Part shown: piece after piece, positions 45,409 through 55,853 of the stretch | How the letters are laid out: the number at the start of each line of letters is the position of its first letter | Numbering within the stretch: the first letter of the stretch is position 1 | The notes under the pieces: generated by a model | What the model saw: only the letters and a program-made list of their open reading frames with translations | Databases searched by the model: none | Told to the model about the DNA's origin: nothing | Virus record (IMG/VR): IMGVR_UViG_3300010316_000005 | Location: 1-64,000 of that record | Direction: 5' to 3' (one strand) | DNA length: 64,000 bases | Source of the DNA: a virus | Position numbers and translations under genes: made by a program

Positions 45409-45860
45409 TGCATTATATTATCGGAATAATGGCAATTATAATGATAGTAGCAGGCGGCATTGGCTACTGGTATTACAACGATAGTCAAGAAAGAATCACG
45501 ACATTGATTACTAATAATGCCCAGCTTGAAAGTGGTATAGCTACTAGTGAAGAAACTATCACTACATTACAAGACAATTACGCATTAGCAAACAAAACGA
45601 TTGCCGAGTTAAACGAAGAACTAAGAAATATCAAAAGACAAAACCAACTATTAGTTGATAAGTTTTCTGATAGTGATCTTGGAGTGGCGGCAGCAGCAAG
45701 ACCAGAATTAATCAAAAGACTAATTAACAAAGGAACAGCTAATGCGTTTCGTTGCTTTGAACTTTTAAGCGGTGCAGCATTAACTGACAAAGAAAGGAAC
45801 GCAAAAAATGCAAGGGAGTTCAACAACGAATGCCCCTGGCTCTGGAAAAGCGTTAAATGA
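45408..45860 (+). CDS. putative i-spanin (Rz-like)
   Basis: N-terminal TM, coiled coil, C-terminal Cys; partner lipoprotein downstream. Confidence 0.6.
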   Translation: MHYIIGIMAIIMIVAGGIGYWYYNDSQERITTLITNNAQLESGIATSEETITTLQDNYALANKTIAELNEELRNIKRQNQLLVDKFSDSDLGVAAAARPELIKRLINKGTANAFRCFELLSGAALTDKERNAKNAREFNNECPWLWKSVK

Positions 45861-46553
45861 TATTTCTTTACATAAAAAAACATAACAAGACAGGTCTTAA
45901 ATATCTCGGAATGACTACTGCTACTGACCCTCACATTTATAAAGGATCAGGAAAACATTGGAAACGTCATATTGAAAAACATGGGTACGATGTAGAAACA
46001 GAGATACTATTAGAAACAACTTCTAAAGAAGAGCTTAAAGAAGTTGGTCTTTATTATAGTAAAAAATGGAACATTGTGAACTCAAAAGAATGGGCAAATT
46101 TAACTGAAGAAACGGGCAATGGCATGAGCTCGTCATTTTCAAAAGAAATACAACAAAAAAGAGTAAATGAAGGCTCGCATCCGTTTCTGGGAGGCAAACG
46201 GACTAGAGAGAGAAATCTTCAAATGTCTAAAGATGGATTGCATCCGTTTCTGGGAGGCAAGTACACTAAAGAAAATAACAAACGTATGATTTCTAATGGC
46301 ACACATCCTTTTCAGAATAAAACGAAAATGGAACACAATCGAAAACGAGTTAGTGAAACTCAGAGAAATAGAGTGAAAGAGGGGAAATCATAATTTTAAA
46401 GGCAAAGTACCAGTCATTGACAAAGATGGGAATTCTTTTATTATTAGCACAGAAGAGTACCATAATCAAAAAATAGGCGATATTAACTCTTGGAAGTATG
46501 TCTCTGTTAGATCTAAAGAAGCAAGAAAGAGAAAAAATGAAAACCCAAATTAA
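45857..46553 (+). pseudogene. frameshifted Seg-like GIY-YIG endonuclease
   Basis: FLYIKKHNKTGLKYLG..YKGSGKHW; frame stops at 46393 but the +1 frame continues GNHNFKGKVPV..NPN* to 46553. Confidence 0.7.
46177..46260 (+). repeat. 21-bp exact direct repeat, 63-bp period
   Basis: GCATCCGTTTCTGGGAGGCAA at 46177 and 46240, encoding HPFLGGK. Confidence 0.85.
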
Positions 46554-46950
46554 AAGTGCCCTTGGCTGTTTAGTCCTTCTGCTCGCCCTTAGTGCTTGCG
46601 GGGAGCCAGTCAAAAAAATACAAGTTAGTGCTAAGCCAGTCAACAAGCCTGAATTAGTGCTGCCTAGAACAGGCGAGCTCAACCTTAAAAATGTAACTTG
46701 GTTTGTAATTACTCCCGAGAATATAGAAGAAAAATGGGCAGAGCTAGAAGCATCGGGACAGTCATTAGTATTCTTTGCAGTATCGGCCGAAGGCTATGAA
46801 AACGTAAGTCTTAACCTTAACGACCTACGTAGCTACATTCAGTCACAGCAAGCAACTATTGTAGCATATAAAAAATACTACAACGCTGCGGACACTGCAC
46901 TCAACGAAGCAAACGAACAGCTTAAAAAGAGCTATTGGGAGACCTGGTAA
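46537..46950 (+). CDS. putative o-spanin lipoprotein (Rz1-like)
   Basis: Signal peptide with lipobox LSA-C; Pro-rich segment. Confidence 0.65.
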   Translation: MKTQIKSALGCLVLLLALSACGEPVKKIQVSAKPVNKPELVLPRTGELNLKNVTWFVITPENIEEKWAELEASGQSLVFFAVSAEGYENVSLNLNDLRSYIQSQQATIVAYKKYYNAADTALNEANEQLKKSYWETW

Positions 46951-46996
46951 TTTAGGCAGATAGCGATAAATACATTAGAGTAAGCGAGGTACTTTA

Positions 46997-47419
46997 ATGT
47001 CAAGATATCCACACGACGAATGGGACGATCACGAAGGTGACCTGCCGGCTTATGAAACTACCTACCGAGGCAATGAGCCACAGGACAGGGACAGTCATGA
47101 CATCGTAATTGAAACCAGCGAATCTGGTGTAACTCGTAAAATTAAACTAGATCTAGAGGTAGACACTACTGCTAAGGATCTAGGACCTAATCCTTATGCT
47201 AAATGGATACATTTAGCTAGAATGATTGATGCTTGGCGACCTTTCCCTAGATTGTTCATCATAGTTTATATGTATATGGTGTACAGAGTCGTCGAATGGT
47301 ACATTACGCTGCCGGACCCTAGCATGGAGCAGAGCGGGCTTATAAGCGTAGTCGTTGGTGCAGGTGCTGCATGGTTCGGACTGTATGTCGGTTCCGGCGG
47401 ACGCAGTGGCAAAGAATAA
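46997..47419 (+). CDS. membrane protein, possible holin
   Basis: D.WR.FPR..2 [13 protein letters not shown]; near spanins. Confidence 0.6.
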   Translation: MSRYPHDEWDDHEGDLPAYETTYRGNEPQDRDSHDIVIETSESGVTRKIKLDLEVDTTAKDLGPNPYAKWIHLARMIDAWRPFPRLFIIVYMYMVYRVVEWYITLPDPSMEQSGLISVVVGAGAAWFGLYVGSGGRSGKE

Positions 47420-47430
47420 TAAGTACATGT

Positions 47431-48246
47431 ATGGATTACTACAAAATACTCGGTGTTCCTAGAGGATCATCTCAAGAGGACATTAAAGCAGCATATCGAA
47501 AACTGGCGCGGCAGCACCACCCCGACAGTGGAGGCAATGCAGAAGAGTTTAAGAAAGTCAGCGAAGCATACGAGACGTTAAAGGACGAATACAAGCGCAG
47601 TCAGTACGACGGGCCTGGGCCAAATCAGCAAACAAAAACACGTCCTGATGATTTCTGGACGCAAGACAAATATCACCATTTCGACATTAATGAGATATTT
47701 CGACAACAGAAAATGAAGAACCCAGACTTGACTGTACACGCCACTGTTGCGTTAAAGGATATAATCACAGGGTCAGACTTTATCATCGACTATCGTTTGG
47801 GGAGTGGCAAGCAAGAAACAATCAATGTAAAAATTCCAGCTGGCGCAAGACATGGTGATACTATCAAGTACGATAGCCTGGGTGATGACGCAAACGCTCG
47901 GTTTCCTCGAGGTGACCTATATGTCAAAGTTCAAATCGCAACGCACAAAGATTGGGTAAGGGACGGTAACAATCTTGCTACTAAAAAAAGCATAAATGTA
48001 TTTGACATTATGCTAGGTTGTGCTATAATAATAGAGACACTAGATAACAAGCGTGTTAGGTTAAACGTTCCCAAAGGTACTAAAGCAGGTACTATTTTAA
48101 GTATCGGTGGCTACGGAATACCTGACTTAAGAACACAAAAAAGAGGTAACTTGTATATTCAAATCGAACCTGAGATTCCAACTATCGTTGATGACGATGC
48201 TATCAAAAAGATACAAGAAATTAAAAGAATTATAGAGGAAAAATAA
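47431..48246 (+). CDS. dnaJ: DnaJ/CbpA-type co-chaperone without Zn finger
   Basis: [17 protein letters not shown]. Confidence 0.9.
   Translation: MDYYKILGVPRGSSQEDIKAAYRKLARQHHPDSGGNAEEFKKVSEAYETLKDEYKRSQYDGPGPNQQTKTRPDDFWTQDKYHHFDINEIFRQQKMKNPDLTVHATVALKDIITGSDFIIDYRLGSGKQETINVKIPAGARHGDTIKYDSLGDDANARFPRGDLYVKVQIATHKDWVRDGNNLATKKSINVFDIMLGCAIIIETLDNKRVRLNVPKGTKAGTILSIGGYGIPDLRTQKRGNLYIQIEPEIPTIVDDDAIKKIQEIKRIIEEK
48002..48029 (+). promoter_or_regulatory. internal sigma70 promoter inside dnaJ, reading into clpA
   Basis: TTGACA-16-TATAAT with TG extension. Confidence 0.55.
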
Positions 48247-48248
48247 TA

Positions 48249-50495
48249 ATGGTTGAACCATCAAAAGAACTGCATTTAGTTTTCGACAAGGCAATTAGTG
48301 ATGCTCGCAAGTTAAAACACGACTACACGACCCTTGAACATTTGCTATATGCAATGCTCTGCGAAGAAGGATTTGTTAAAACACTAACTGATTTTGGTGC
48401 AGATTTAGATTACATTAAATCAAATCTCGAGCATCACTTAAAAACCAAGTGCGACGACATTACTTCAGACGAAGAAGTAGTAAATCCAAAAAAGACGCAA
48501 ACGTTAGAAAGAGTGCTCAATCGAGCCTTTACACAGGTATTGTTTGCCGGGCGCACTCATATGTCAACCAGCGACGTACTAATTAGTATGTTGTCTGAAA
48601 AACAATCCGTAGCAGTTTACTACCTCGAGTCAGGCAAAGTGAATAAAGCAGACTTTATGGCGTATGTTGACGCAGGCCTGGACAGCGAAGAAGTTGAAGA
48701 AGAAGAAATGAGCGTAGAGACTCGCAAGGCATTAAAGAACTTTACAGTTAACTTGAACGACGAAGTTAAGCGCAATAAGATCGATCCTGTTATTGGCCGC
48801 AACGAAGAACTAAATGCGCTGGCACTAGCACTCGGCCGCCGCAATAAAAACAACGTACTGATGGTAGGCGAGCCGGGCGTTGGTAAAACTGCCGTAGCAG
48901 AAGGTCTCGCTTGGAACATTGTAAACGGCACTGTTCCGGAATTCCTAAAAGATTACAAAGTTTATAACCTTGATATCGGTGCTATGCTCGCTGGGTCAAA
49001 GTATCGCGGCGACTTTGAAGAACGGTTTAAGCTAGTTCTACAGGCGTTGACTAAGCAAGGCAAAACAATTATGTTTGTTGACGAAGCGCACATGATGAGT
49101 GGCGCAGGTGCAGGCGGACAGAACTCTAGCAACGATCTTGCAAACATGCTAAAGCCCGCACTTACCAAAGGCGACTTGAAAGTTGTAGCATCAACTACTT
49201 GGGACGAGTATCGCAAGTACTTTGAAAAGGATCGCGCTCTTATGCGTCGATTCCAGCGTGTAACAATCGACGAGCCAGATGCTGAAACTACAAGAGAAAT
49301 TCTTAGAGGCATTAAAACATACTACGAAGAATTCCATTCTACAGAAATTACTGAAGAAGCTATAGTTGCAGCGGTAAAACTTAGTGTTAAATATCAGAGT
49401 GATAAGAAGCTGCCAGATAAGGCAATTGACTTAATTGACGTTGCGTGTTCTCGCTTTAAGTTAAACGATCAAGAAGAGAACAAGATTGTTACAGAAGAAA
49501 GCATTCAGTTTGAACTTGCTAAGATGCTCGGATTGCCAACTGAACAGATTGCAGAACGTGAAACTGACAATCTTGTAAACCTCGAAGAAAACCTTAAGAA
49601 GGTTGTATACGGACAGGATCAAGCAATTGAAAGCGTAGTTGACAAGATTCTTGTTAGCCAGGCTGGATTAAAAGCTGAGAATAAACCTGTTGGTAGCTTT
49701 GTGTTTATGGGCCCAACTGGTACAGGTAAAACTGAAACAGCAAAGCAGCTTGCTAAAAACCTCGGCGTAAAGCTTGTGCGCTTTGATATGAGTGAGTATA
49801 TGGAGAAGCATAGCGTTTCGAAATTTATTGGGTCGCCTCCAGGTTATGTCGGACACGAAGAAAATGGTGGCTTGTTAATCACTAAGCTACAAGAGAATCC
49901 AAACTGTATTCTACTGCTAGACGAGATTGAAAAAGCCCATCCTGATGTAAGTCAAATTCTTCTACAGCTAATGGACAACGGTAAAGTTACAGGATCCAAC
50001 GGCAAGGAAGCAGATGCTCGCAACTGTATTCTAATCCTTACAACTAACCTAGGCGCAAAGCAGTCGGAGAAAAATTCAATCGGATTCGGAAGCGATGAGT
50101 CTCAAGGCTACGACGACACAGAGTTTAAGAAATTCTTTGCTCCAGAGTTTAGAAACAGACTCGATGGTACCGTTACGTTTGCTAAAATGAGCAAGGAGAT
50201 TATGATGAAAATCGTTGGTAAGTTCTTGCTTGAACTCAAAGAAATGGTTACTGATAGAGATATTGATATCACTGTTACTGACGATGCACTTGACTATCTT
50301 GTAGACAAAGGTTATGATCCTAAGATGGGTGCGCGTCCATTGCAGCGTGTTATTGATAACGAAATCAAACGTCCTCTGTCAAGACAGATCCTGTTCGGCA
50401 ATCTTAAAAAAGGCGGCACGGTTGAAATCGGGTTTGTTGATAACAAACTAGTATTAAAGGCAGAAACTAAGAATGAAACCCAAGAAAGCCTCTAA
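48249..50495 (+). CDS. clpA: ClpA AAA+ unfoldase
   Basis: GEPGVGKT and GPTGTGKT, no ClpB middle domain, SIGFG loop, MGARPL. Confidence 0.92.
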   Translation: MVEPSKELHLVFDKAISDARKLKHDYTTLEHLLYAMLCEEGFVKTLTDFGADLDYIKSNLEHHLKTKCDDITSDEEVVNPKKTQTLERVLNRAFTQVLFAGRTHMSTSDVLISMLSEKQSVAVYYLESGKVNKADFMAYVDAGLDSEEVEEEEMSVETRKALKNFTVNLNDEVKRNKIDPVIGRNEELNALALALGRRNKNNVLMVGEPGVGKTAVAEGLAWNIVNGTVPEFLKDYKVYNLDIGAMLAGSKYRGDFEERFKLVLQALTKQGKTIMFVDEAHMMSGAGAGGQNSSNDLANMLKPALTKGDLKVVASTTWDEYRKYFEKDRALMRRFQRVTIDEPDAETTREILRGIKTYYEEFHSTEITEEAIVAAVKLSVKYQSDKKLPDKAIDLIDVACSRFKLNDQEENKIVTEESIQFELAKMLGLPTEQIAERETDNLVNLEENLKKVVYGQDQAIESVVDKILVSQAGLKAENKPVGSFVFMGPTGTGKTETAKQLAKNLGVKLVRFDMSEYMEKHSVSKFIGSPPGYVGHEENGGLLITKLQENPNCILLLDEIEKAHPDVSQILLQLMDNGKVTGSNGKEADARNCILILTTNLGAKQSEKNSIGFGSDESQGYDDTEFKKFFAPEFRNRLDGTVTFAKMSKEIMMKIVGKFLLELKEMVTDRDIDITVTDDALDYLVDKGYDPKMGARPLQRVIDNEIKRPLSRQILFGNLKKGGTVEIGFVDNKLVLKAETKNETQESL

Positions 50496-51216
50496 GTTAT
50501 TTTATAACTATTATGCTTATAAGATAAACATAGCAATGGATCTTTGTTTTATGTTCTCAAGCTATCACTCCTCCGGAAGGGGGCGTGATGGCGCTCGGGA
50601 GTTAATTGATACTTTTAGAGAACGTCTAAAGACTAAAAAATCATTTGAGCACCGGCGATGGAGTACTTTGCATAAAGTAACCAAGGAGTCAGTAAAACAG
50701 GCTGAGTTTATTTTAAGTTATTTAGATAATTACGAGTGCAAGACTCGCACAGAGTACGGACACCGTATGTCTATATTTACAAATGACGCAGTAGTAGTAG
50801 CTGCATTTAAAAAAGACCCTTATGGTCTTACTAAGGAAATCTACGAAGTAGATCCCGAGATCCGCGGGTTTCTTGAATTAAATCCAAAAACCTGTATTGT
50901 CAATGAGCCAACTGAATTTGAATTTAAGGTTTATTTAAAAGGACATCTTGATCCATCGTTTGCTAATTGGATCGATGGAAATCCAACCCAATGCAAAGTA
51001 GGCGATATTACACTGGGCAATATAAGAGAGCATGCCTGGATGGCAGGCAATTATATCTTTATTAAGAATAGAAAAATTCTAGACTTAGTAAATCTCATTA
51101 TCAGCCAAAATATTATCAAGATAGAGAATTTGATATACCTCGGTGATATTGATAAATACTTACATGACAACACAGAGCGAAACATTATTGACAACACAGA
51201 CTCACCCAATAGATAG
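50473..51216 (+). CDS. hypothetical protein
   Basis: 247-aa ORF overlapping the clpA end. Confidence 0.7.
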   Translation: MKPKKASKLFYNYYAYKINIAMDLCFMFSSYHSSGRGRDGARELIDTFRERLKTKKSFEHRRWSTLHKVTKESVKQAEFILSYLDNYECKTRTEYGHRMSIFTNDAVVVAAFKKDPYGLTKEIYEVDPEIRGFLELNPKTCIVNEPTEFEFKVYLKGHLDPSFANWIDGNPTQCKVGDITLGNIREHAWMAGNYIFIKNRKILDLVNLIISQNIIKIENLIYLGDIDKYLHDNTERNIIDNTDSPNR

Positions 51217-51505
51217 TTCTGAACTATCTGTAGTGGGCGACAAATATAAAGGAGACGGTTTCTACGGACGTAGTGACGGTCTCCATACTGTTCAATATTC
51301 TTATACAGAATTTACTGGATCAATCTATGTGGAAGCAACGTTAGCAACTGAGCCAACTGACAAAGATTGGTTTTCTGTTTTTACAACAACAGTTGAACAG
51401 GACGATGTAAGTGACATAATCAGTTTCACTGGTAACTACGTTTGGGTTAGAGCTCGCGCAGTTTATACTGATGGCACAATAAACAGTATAGTATTAAATC
51501 ATTAA
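51164..51505 (+). CDS. putative virion protein
   Basis: KGDGFYG..DGLHTV..FTGNYVWVRA; GATAAATA 5 nt upstream. Confidence 0.7.
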   Translation: MTTQSETLLTTQTHPIDSSELSVVGDKYKGDGFYGRSDGLHTVQYSYTEFTGSIYVEATLATEPTDKDWFSVFTTTVEQDDVSDIISFTGNYVWVRARAVYTDGTINSIVLNH

Positions 51506-51514
51506 GGCAGGTAT

Positions 51515-51757
51515 ATGAATCATTTCGTAAGAGTAATTTTTGACAGTAGAGAAAATTTCACAGAGCAGCTAGACGAATCGGTTTTTCCGACACAGTCTCT
51601 TTTGGAAACGGCAGACGGCCGTCCTGTTATAGAAATTCCGCTACCAAAGGCGCTGTCAGAAGAAGAGTCAGATGAGTTTGCTGATCGTTTAATCAATTAT
51701 ATGATTGAACAAGGTCACAATGACTTTGACGTAGAAATATCAATGGATGAAGAATAA
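51515..51757 (+). CDS. acidic hypothetical protein
   Basis: 80 aa; LxE sites. Confidence 0.7.
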   Translation: MNHFVRVIFDSRENFTEQLDESVFPTQSLLETADGRPVIEIPLPKALSEEESDEFADRLINYMIEQGHNDFDVEISMDEE

Positions 51758-52086
51758 TGCGTATTGAAGACTTAGAAGCAATGAATCAAGAACTGTCGTT
51801 TAACTTAGTCGACGACATGGCAATCTATATGAGAAATGACCCCAACTTTTATAGAAAGTCATTTTTCCCAGCATTGCAGCGCATGAAGGAAATGTACCAC
51901 AAGGGCGAAGAGTACGATCCAGCTAAGGAACTAGGACCAATGGTTAACAAAGCTGCTAAAAATTATTGTAAGAAATTTAAGATCCCAAGACGTCCAGAGG
52001 ATCTATTTGGCGACGACGACCAGCAAGAGTTAATTAAAAAAATATATAGCGAAGAGATGGCCAACATCAAACAGGATGTATACTAA
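51757..52086 (+). CDS. hypothetical late protein
   Basis: ND..FYRK..FP motif. Confidence 0.75.
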   Translation: MRIEDLEAMNQELSFNLVDDMAIYMRNDPNFYRKSFFPALQRMKEMYHKGEEYDPAKELGPMVNKAAKNYCKKFKIPRRPEDLFGDDDQQELIKKIYSEEMANIKQDVY

Positions 52087-53222
52087 TGCGATTTTTAGAG
52101 TTTAACCAAACACTTACCGAAAAGAAGTTAGGCAGGGCCTTTAATCACTTAGAGGACCTTGTTTTCTTTCACGGTGTAAGTGGAGCAATTGAAGCTCTAG
52201 AACATTTAAAAGACTTTTCTTCAGAAGAAGGGTCAAATTCAATTCGCATGAAGTGGGACGGTAATCCACAGATATATTGGGGCAGAGAGCAAGCAGGCGG
52301 GCCACTAGTGCTAGTAGGTCACAACGCATGGTCGCGCGGTGCTATAGCCAAAAGCAAAGAAGAGATTGTTGACTTTATTGTTAACCAAAGTGGCAACGCT
52401 AAGTCAGAAGAAGAAGTAGCTGCTAGAAAAGAATTCGCAAACACATTCGCAAGTTTGTATGATTTGTTTGATCGCGCTACCCCAAGTAATTTTGAAGGCT
52501 ACGTTTACGCAGATGGATTGTTTTTAAATCCTCCAGAGCTAAAAGATGGCGTGTATACGTTTTGTCCGAACCCTAAATCACAAACTTGCTATCATGTTAA
52601 ACAAAGTAGCGAGTTAGGCAAGCAGATTGCTAAAGCACAAGTGATGGTTGTAGGACATGCGTTCTTCCCAGAATTTGGAATGCCAGATGACCAGCAGAAG
52701 CCAAAGACAAAGTTTAACGAATTCAACAATGTTCCAGAACTAATTGTTCTAGGTCCAGTATACAACACTACTCCAGTAAAAGTCGATACATCAGAGATTG
52801 ATGAAATCGAGGCTTACGCCAAACAACATGCAGGCGAAATAGAAAAGTTTCTAGCAAGTGTTGCTGGACTCAGTGACTTAAAGAATATCATCTACACTTA
52901 CGTAAACCAAACAGCCAAAGCCAAACAACTCGATAGCCTAAGTGCTGCGCATTTCTTTGACTGGGTTAAAAACAGCAGAGTTAGTGACAATAAGCAAAAG
53001 AAGATTTACGAACTTAATCAACAACAAAACAATGTAATGGACGTAATCTTTACATTAGTTAAAAGAATTCAAGCAGCTAAAGATCATGTTATTGATCAGG
53101 TAGAGGGCGAGCAAGGCGACATTTGGGATACTAATGGCGAGGGAAGAGTTCGTTATGCTGGAGATGATAAACAACACGGACACGTTAAACTTGTCCCACG
53201 AAAAAGATGGACACCGAGCTAA
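52086..53222 (+). CDS. ligase-fold nucleotidyltransferase-like protein, candidate internal head protein
   Basis: MRFLEF..LTE leader; HLED, KWDG, DG, EGRV, VKLV. Confidence 0.55.
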   Translation: MRFLEFNQTLTEKKLGRAFNHLEDLVFFHGVSGAIEALEHLKDFSSEEGSNSIRMKWDGNPQIYWGREQAGGPLVLVGHNAWSRGAIAKSKEEIVDFIVNQSGNAKSEEEVAARKEFANTFASLYDLFDRATPSNFEGYVYADGLFLNPPELKDGVYTFCPNPKSQTCYHVKQSSELGKQIAKAQVMVVGHAFFPEFGMPDDQQKPKTKFNEFNNVPELIVLGPVYNTTPVKVDTSEIDEIEAYAKQHAGEIEKFLASVAGLSDLKNIIYTYVNQTAKAKQLDSLSAAHFFDWVKNSRVSDNKQKKIYELNQQQNNVMDVIFTLVKRIQAAKDHVIDQVEGEQGDIWDTNGEGRVRYAGDDKQHGHVKLVPRKRWTPS

Positions 53223-54295
53223 TGATATTAAGACAACTTTTTGAATCAAACGAAACTGTAGGTTTAATCTTTGGAAGATTTAATCCGCCTCACAAGGGGC
53301 ATAAAGCAGCTTGGGAAATGATGGCAAAGAATAATGCTTGGTACGTCGGAACAAATAAGTCAACACAAGGTCCAAAAGATCCACTCCCGTATGATGTTAA
53401 AATTAAAGCAATGGAAACTATTTGGCCAGAAGTAGCAAAGCATATCGTTCCTCACCAAAGCTGGTTAACACTTGCTAGTGAAATCTATAAGAAGCACGGC
53501 AGTGTTACACTAAATGTATACACAGACGAAGCATGGGTTATAAAAGCGTTGAATCAATACAACGGAGTTAAGAAACCAGACGGGCACGGCTTCTATGATT
53601 TCAAAGACATTGTAAGTGTCCAGACTCCTCGTTTAAGTTCAGCAACGGCACTTCGAAAAGCAGTAGCAGATGATGACCGAGATGCATTTGCCGATGCAGC
53701 AGGCGTTCCTGCTGACACACCTGTAGCAGGTACTCCGTTCTTTGACTTAGTAGCACAACACTTAGGACAATACAAAAAAGAGTCAGCAGTAGCGGAAACT
53801 CCAAAAGACGAAGTAATAGCTAAGATTGTGCCAAAGCAAAAAGAAAGAATGATCGATAAGGTATTAAAATATCTAGACGCTAAAATAAACTCAGATACTG
53901 ATAAAAAGAAAACTATAGACAGTCACGCTTTTGACATTGGTCAAGAAGTTAGGCTAGATCAAATTGGTCTTACTCCAAGGACACTAGCAAAAGCATACAA
54001 ACAAGCTACCGGAATACCGGCATCAACTTACGAAAATGAAGTAGAGGAAGGTATGCCGCCTGCAGGTACAAAGGTCACTGTTGCTGTTAAAGACAAGACT
54101 ATTGGAACATTTGATCTACCACCTGATGCAGAACCACATCATGTAAATATTATGCTCAAAAAGATGGCAAAGATGATACCATTGCCGGAACTAGAGCGCA
54201 TAAGCATTTCAAGAAAAATTGCATCAGGCAAAGCAGCTAACTGGCAAGGTGTTGACTTTCAACCGCAGAGCAGTCGTCCGAAAGGAATGACATAA
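53222..54295 (+). CDS. HxGH cytidylyltransferase-like protein with C-terminal extensions
   Basis: MILRQLFE leader; FGRFNPPHKGH, DPL, SSATALR. Confidence 0.7.
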   Translation: MILRQLFESNETVGLIFGRFNPPHKGHKAAWEMMAKNNAWYVGTNKSTQGPKDPLPYDVKIKAMETIWPEVAKHIVPHQSWLTLASEIYKKHGSVTLNVYTDEAWVIKALNQYNGVKKPDGHGFYDFKDIVSVQTPRLSSATALRKAVADDDRDAFADAAGVPADTPVAGTPFFDLVAQHLGQYKKESAVAETPKDEVIAKIVPKQKERMIDKVLKYLDAKINSDTDKKKTIDSHAFDIGQEVRLDQIGLTPRTLAKAYKQATGIPASTYENEVEEGMPPAGTKVTVAVKDKTIGTFDLPPDAEPHHVNIMLKKMAKMIPLPELERISISRKIASGKAANWQGVDFQPQSSRPKGMT

Positions 54296-54513
54296 TGGAT
54301 TTAGGTGAACTTAAAAAGCTAGCTGGCATTACGAATGAGTTCCATGGGTATAAGCCAGTTGAAGAAAACATCTCAGTTACAGGAACTGAGAAGCGCAGAA
54401 TAGAAAAAGAAAAAGGAATCGAGCCCGGCGCAGACGAATGGTTTAAGCTTTGGTTTTCTCTTCCTGGACTAACAGGACAGCATACTCCTGCTTTTAGAGG
54501 ACGTAAAAAATAA
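54295..54513 (+). CDS. small late protein
   Basis: LKKLAGI; IEPG..EWFKLWFS. Confidence 0.75.
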   Translation: MDLGELKKLAGITNEFHGYKPVEENISVTGTEKRRIEKEKGIEPGADEWFKLWFSLPGLTGQHTPAFRGRKK

Positions 54514-55853
54514 TGAAGATGAATGAAATTGATTGCTGGAAGGGTTATAAAAAGCAAGGTACAAAAAAAGGCAAGAATGGAAAGCGTGTAAATAACTGCG
54601 TCAAAGAAGATGGCCGTATTGTCAAAGGGGTTAACACCACAGTTGATGTAGGTGTTAACGAAATTCCTCGCCAGGCAGAGAAGTTCGGTAATAAAGTATC
54701 CAAGGACGGGTATCCTCCTAGTATGTCTCCTATTGTAAAGCCTAAGGCAACAACTGTCAAGGAAAATAATAGTCCAAGATACACTGCTTATGAATGGGCA
54801 CTTATAGAAGGCGGACATGTGCTAGACAAGCCGACGCCGAGTATTTCGGCACTAGCAAAGAAGCACAATGTTAGTACCGGAACTATTTTAAAACAGCTTG
54901 AAAAAGGCATCGAAGTGGAATACGAGCATACTAGTGATTTTGACATTGCTAAAGAAATTGCACTAGATCATCTATCAGAATTTCCTGACTATTACACTAG
55001 ACTAAAAAAAGCAGAAACAGAAAGCGTAAGAGAGTTTCGCAAGGCAGGCGACTTATTTGCTGCACTAACTGAGGGCGTTATAGTACAGCTCGAGCGCGGC
55101 GATGATATGGATATACTGCACTTCAGAGATTCGAAGAAGCCAGGTCGTGTAGAAGTGCGCGGCAAGAAGGGTTATGAAGCTGGAGGCTATGATCCTAAGG
55201 ATCCGTTGCACCAAACATTAGACAAGCTAGGCAAAGCTGCTAATATCTCAGATTTAATGAATGGCGAAAAGATTGCTATCAATCCTCATCATCCGCATGG
55301 TAAACGTGCATTAGACACAGCACAAAAGGTTATGAGCGAAGAAGAGGGCGCACAGCCCATTACTCCGCCACTACTTAAAAAGCTAGAGTTTCACATTGAC
55401 AAAATGTTTGCTAGCCTCGGAATGGACGTTGAGTTTACTAGACACTTTCTTGATCGCGTAAATGATCCTAGAAATCAAAGACAAATAACTGTACAAGAGC
55501 TAGCTAGACTATTTAAAGAAACATATCGCAAGTGGGGCAAAAAGATTTCTCAAATGGGGCCGGATGCACAAGCTGTTATTAAAGATATGCAAACTGATAT
55601 TAACTTGCCGTTTGTACTAAACTGGGACAAGCAGAACCAACAACTTGATTTAGTTGCTAAAACAATTATGCGCAAGAAGAATTTTACAACGCCGAATCAG
55701 CAGCTTCCATTAGAAAACACTGCTAACGAAAAGGCTCCTCCGGGTAGAGAAAAGCAAGTCAAAAAACTTAAAGGCAAGTTTGATGACCCGGGCGCACCAT
55801 ATGCTATAGCGTGGGCGCAGCACAACAAGAGCGGGAAACCTAAGAAAAAATGA
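54513..55853 (+). CDS. mosaic multi-module late protein, candidate head polyprotein
   Basis: CWKGY..NCV; GI.VE.EH..EIALDHL.E.PDYY; FTRHFLDR.ND.RN; PYAIAW modules separated by xxE. Confidence 0.7.
   Translation: MKMNEIDCWKGYKKQGTKKGKNGKRVNNCVKEDGRIVKGVNTTVDVGVNEIPRQAEKFGNKVSKDGYPPSMSPIVKPKATTVKENNSPRYTAYEWALIEGGHVLDKPTPSISALAKKHNVSTGTILKQLEKGIEVEYEHTSDFDIAKEIALDHLSEFPDYYTRLKKAETESVREFRKAGDLFAALTEGVIVQLERGDDMDILHFRDSKKPGRVEVRGKKGYEAGGYDPKDPLHQTLDKLGKAANISDLMNGEKIAINPHHPHGKRALDTAQKVMSEEEGAQPITPPLLKKLEFHIDKMFASLGMDVEFTRHFLDRVNDPRNQRQITVQELARLFKETYRKWGKKISQMGPDAQAVIKDMQTDINLPFVLNWDKQNQQLDLVAKTIMRKKNFTTPNQQLPLENTANEKAPPGREKQVKKLKGKFDDPGAPYAIAWAQHNKSGKPKKK

Noticed and set aside
46379-46393. Programmed -1 frameshift at GGGAAA
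   Set aside because: The continuation needs +1, and GGGAAAT is not in the X XXY YYZ phase.
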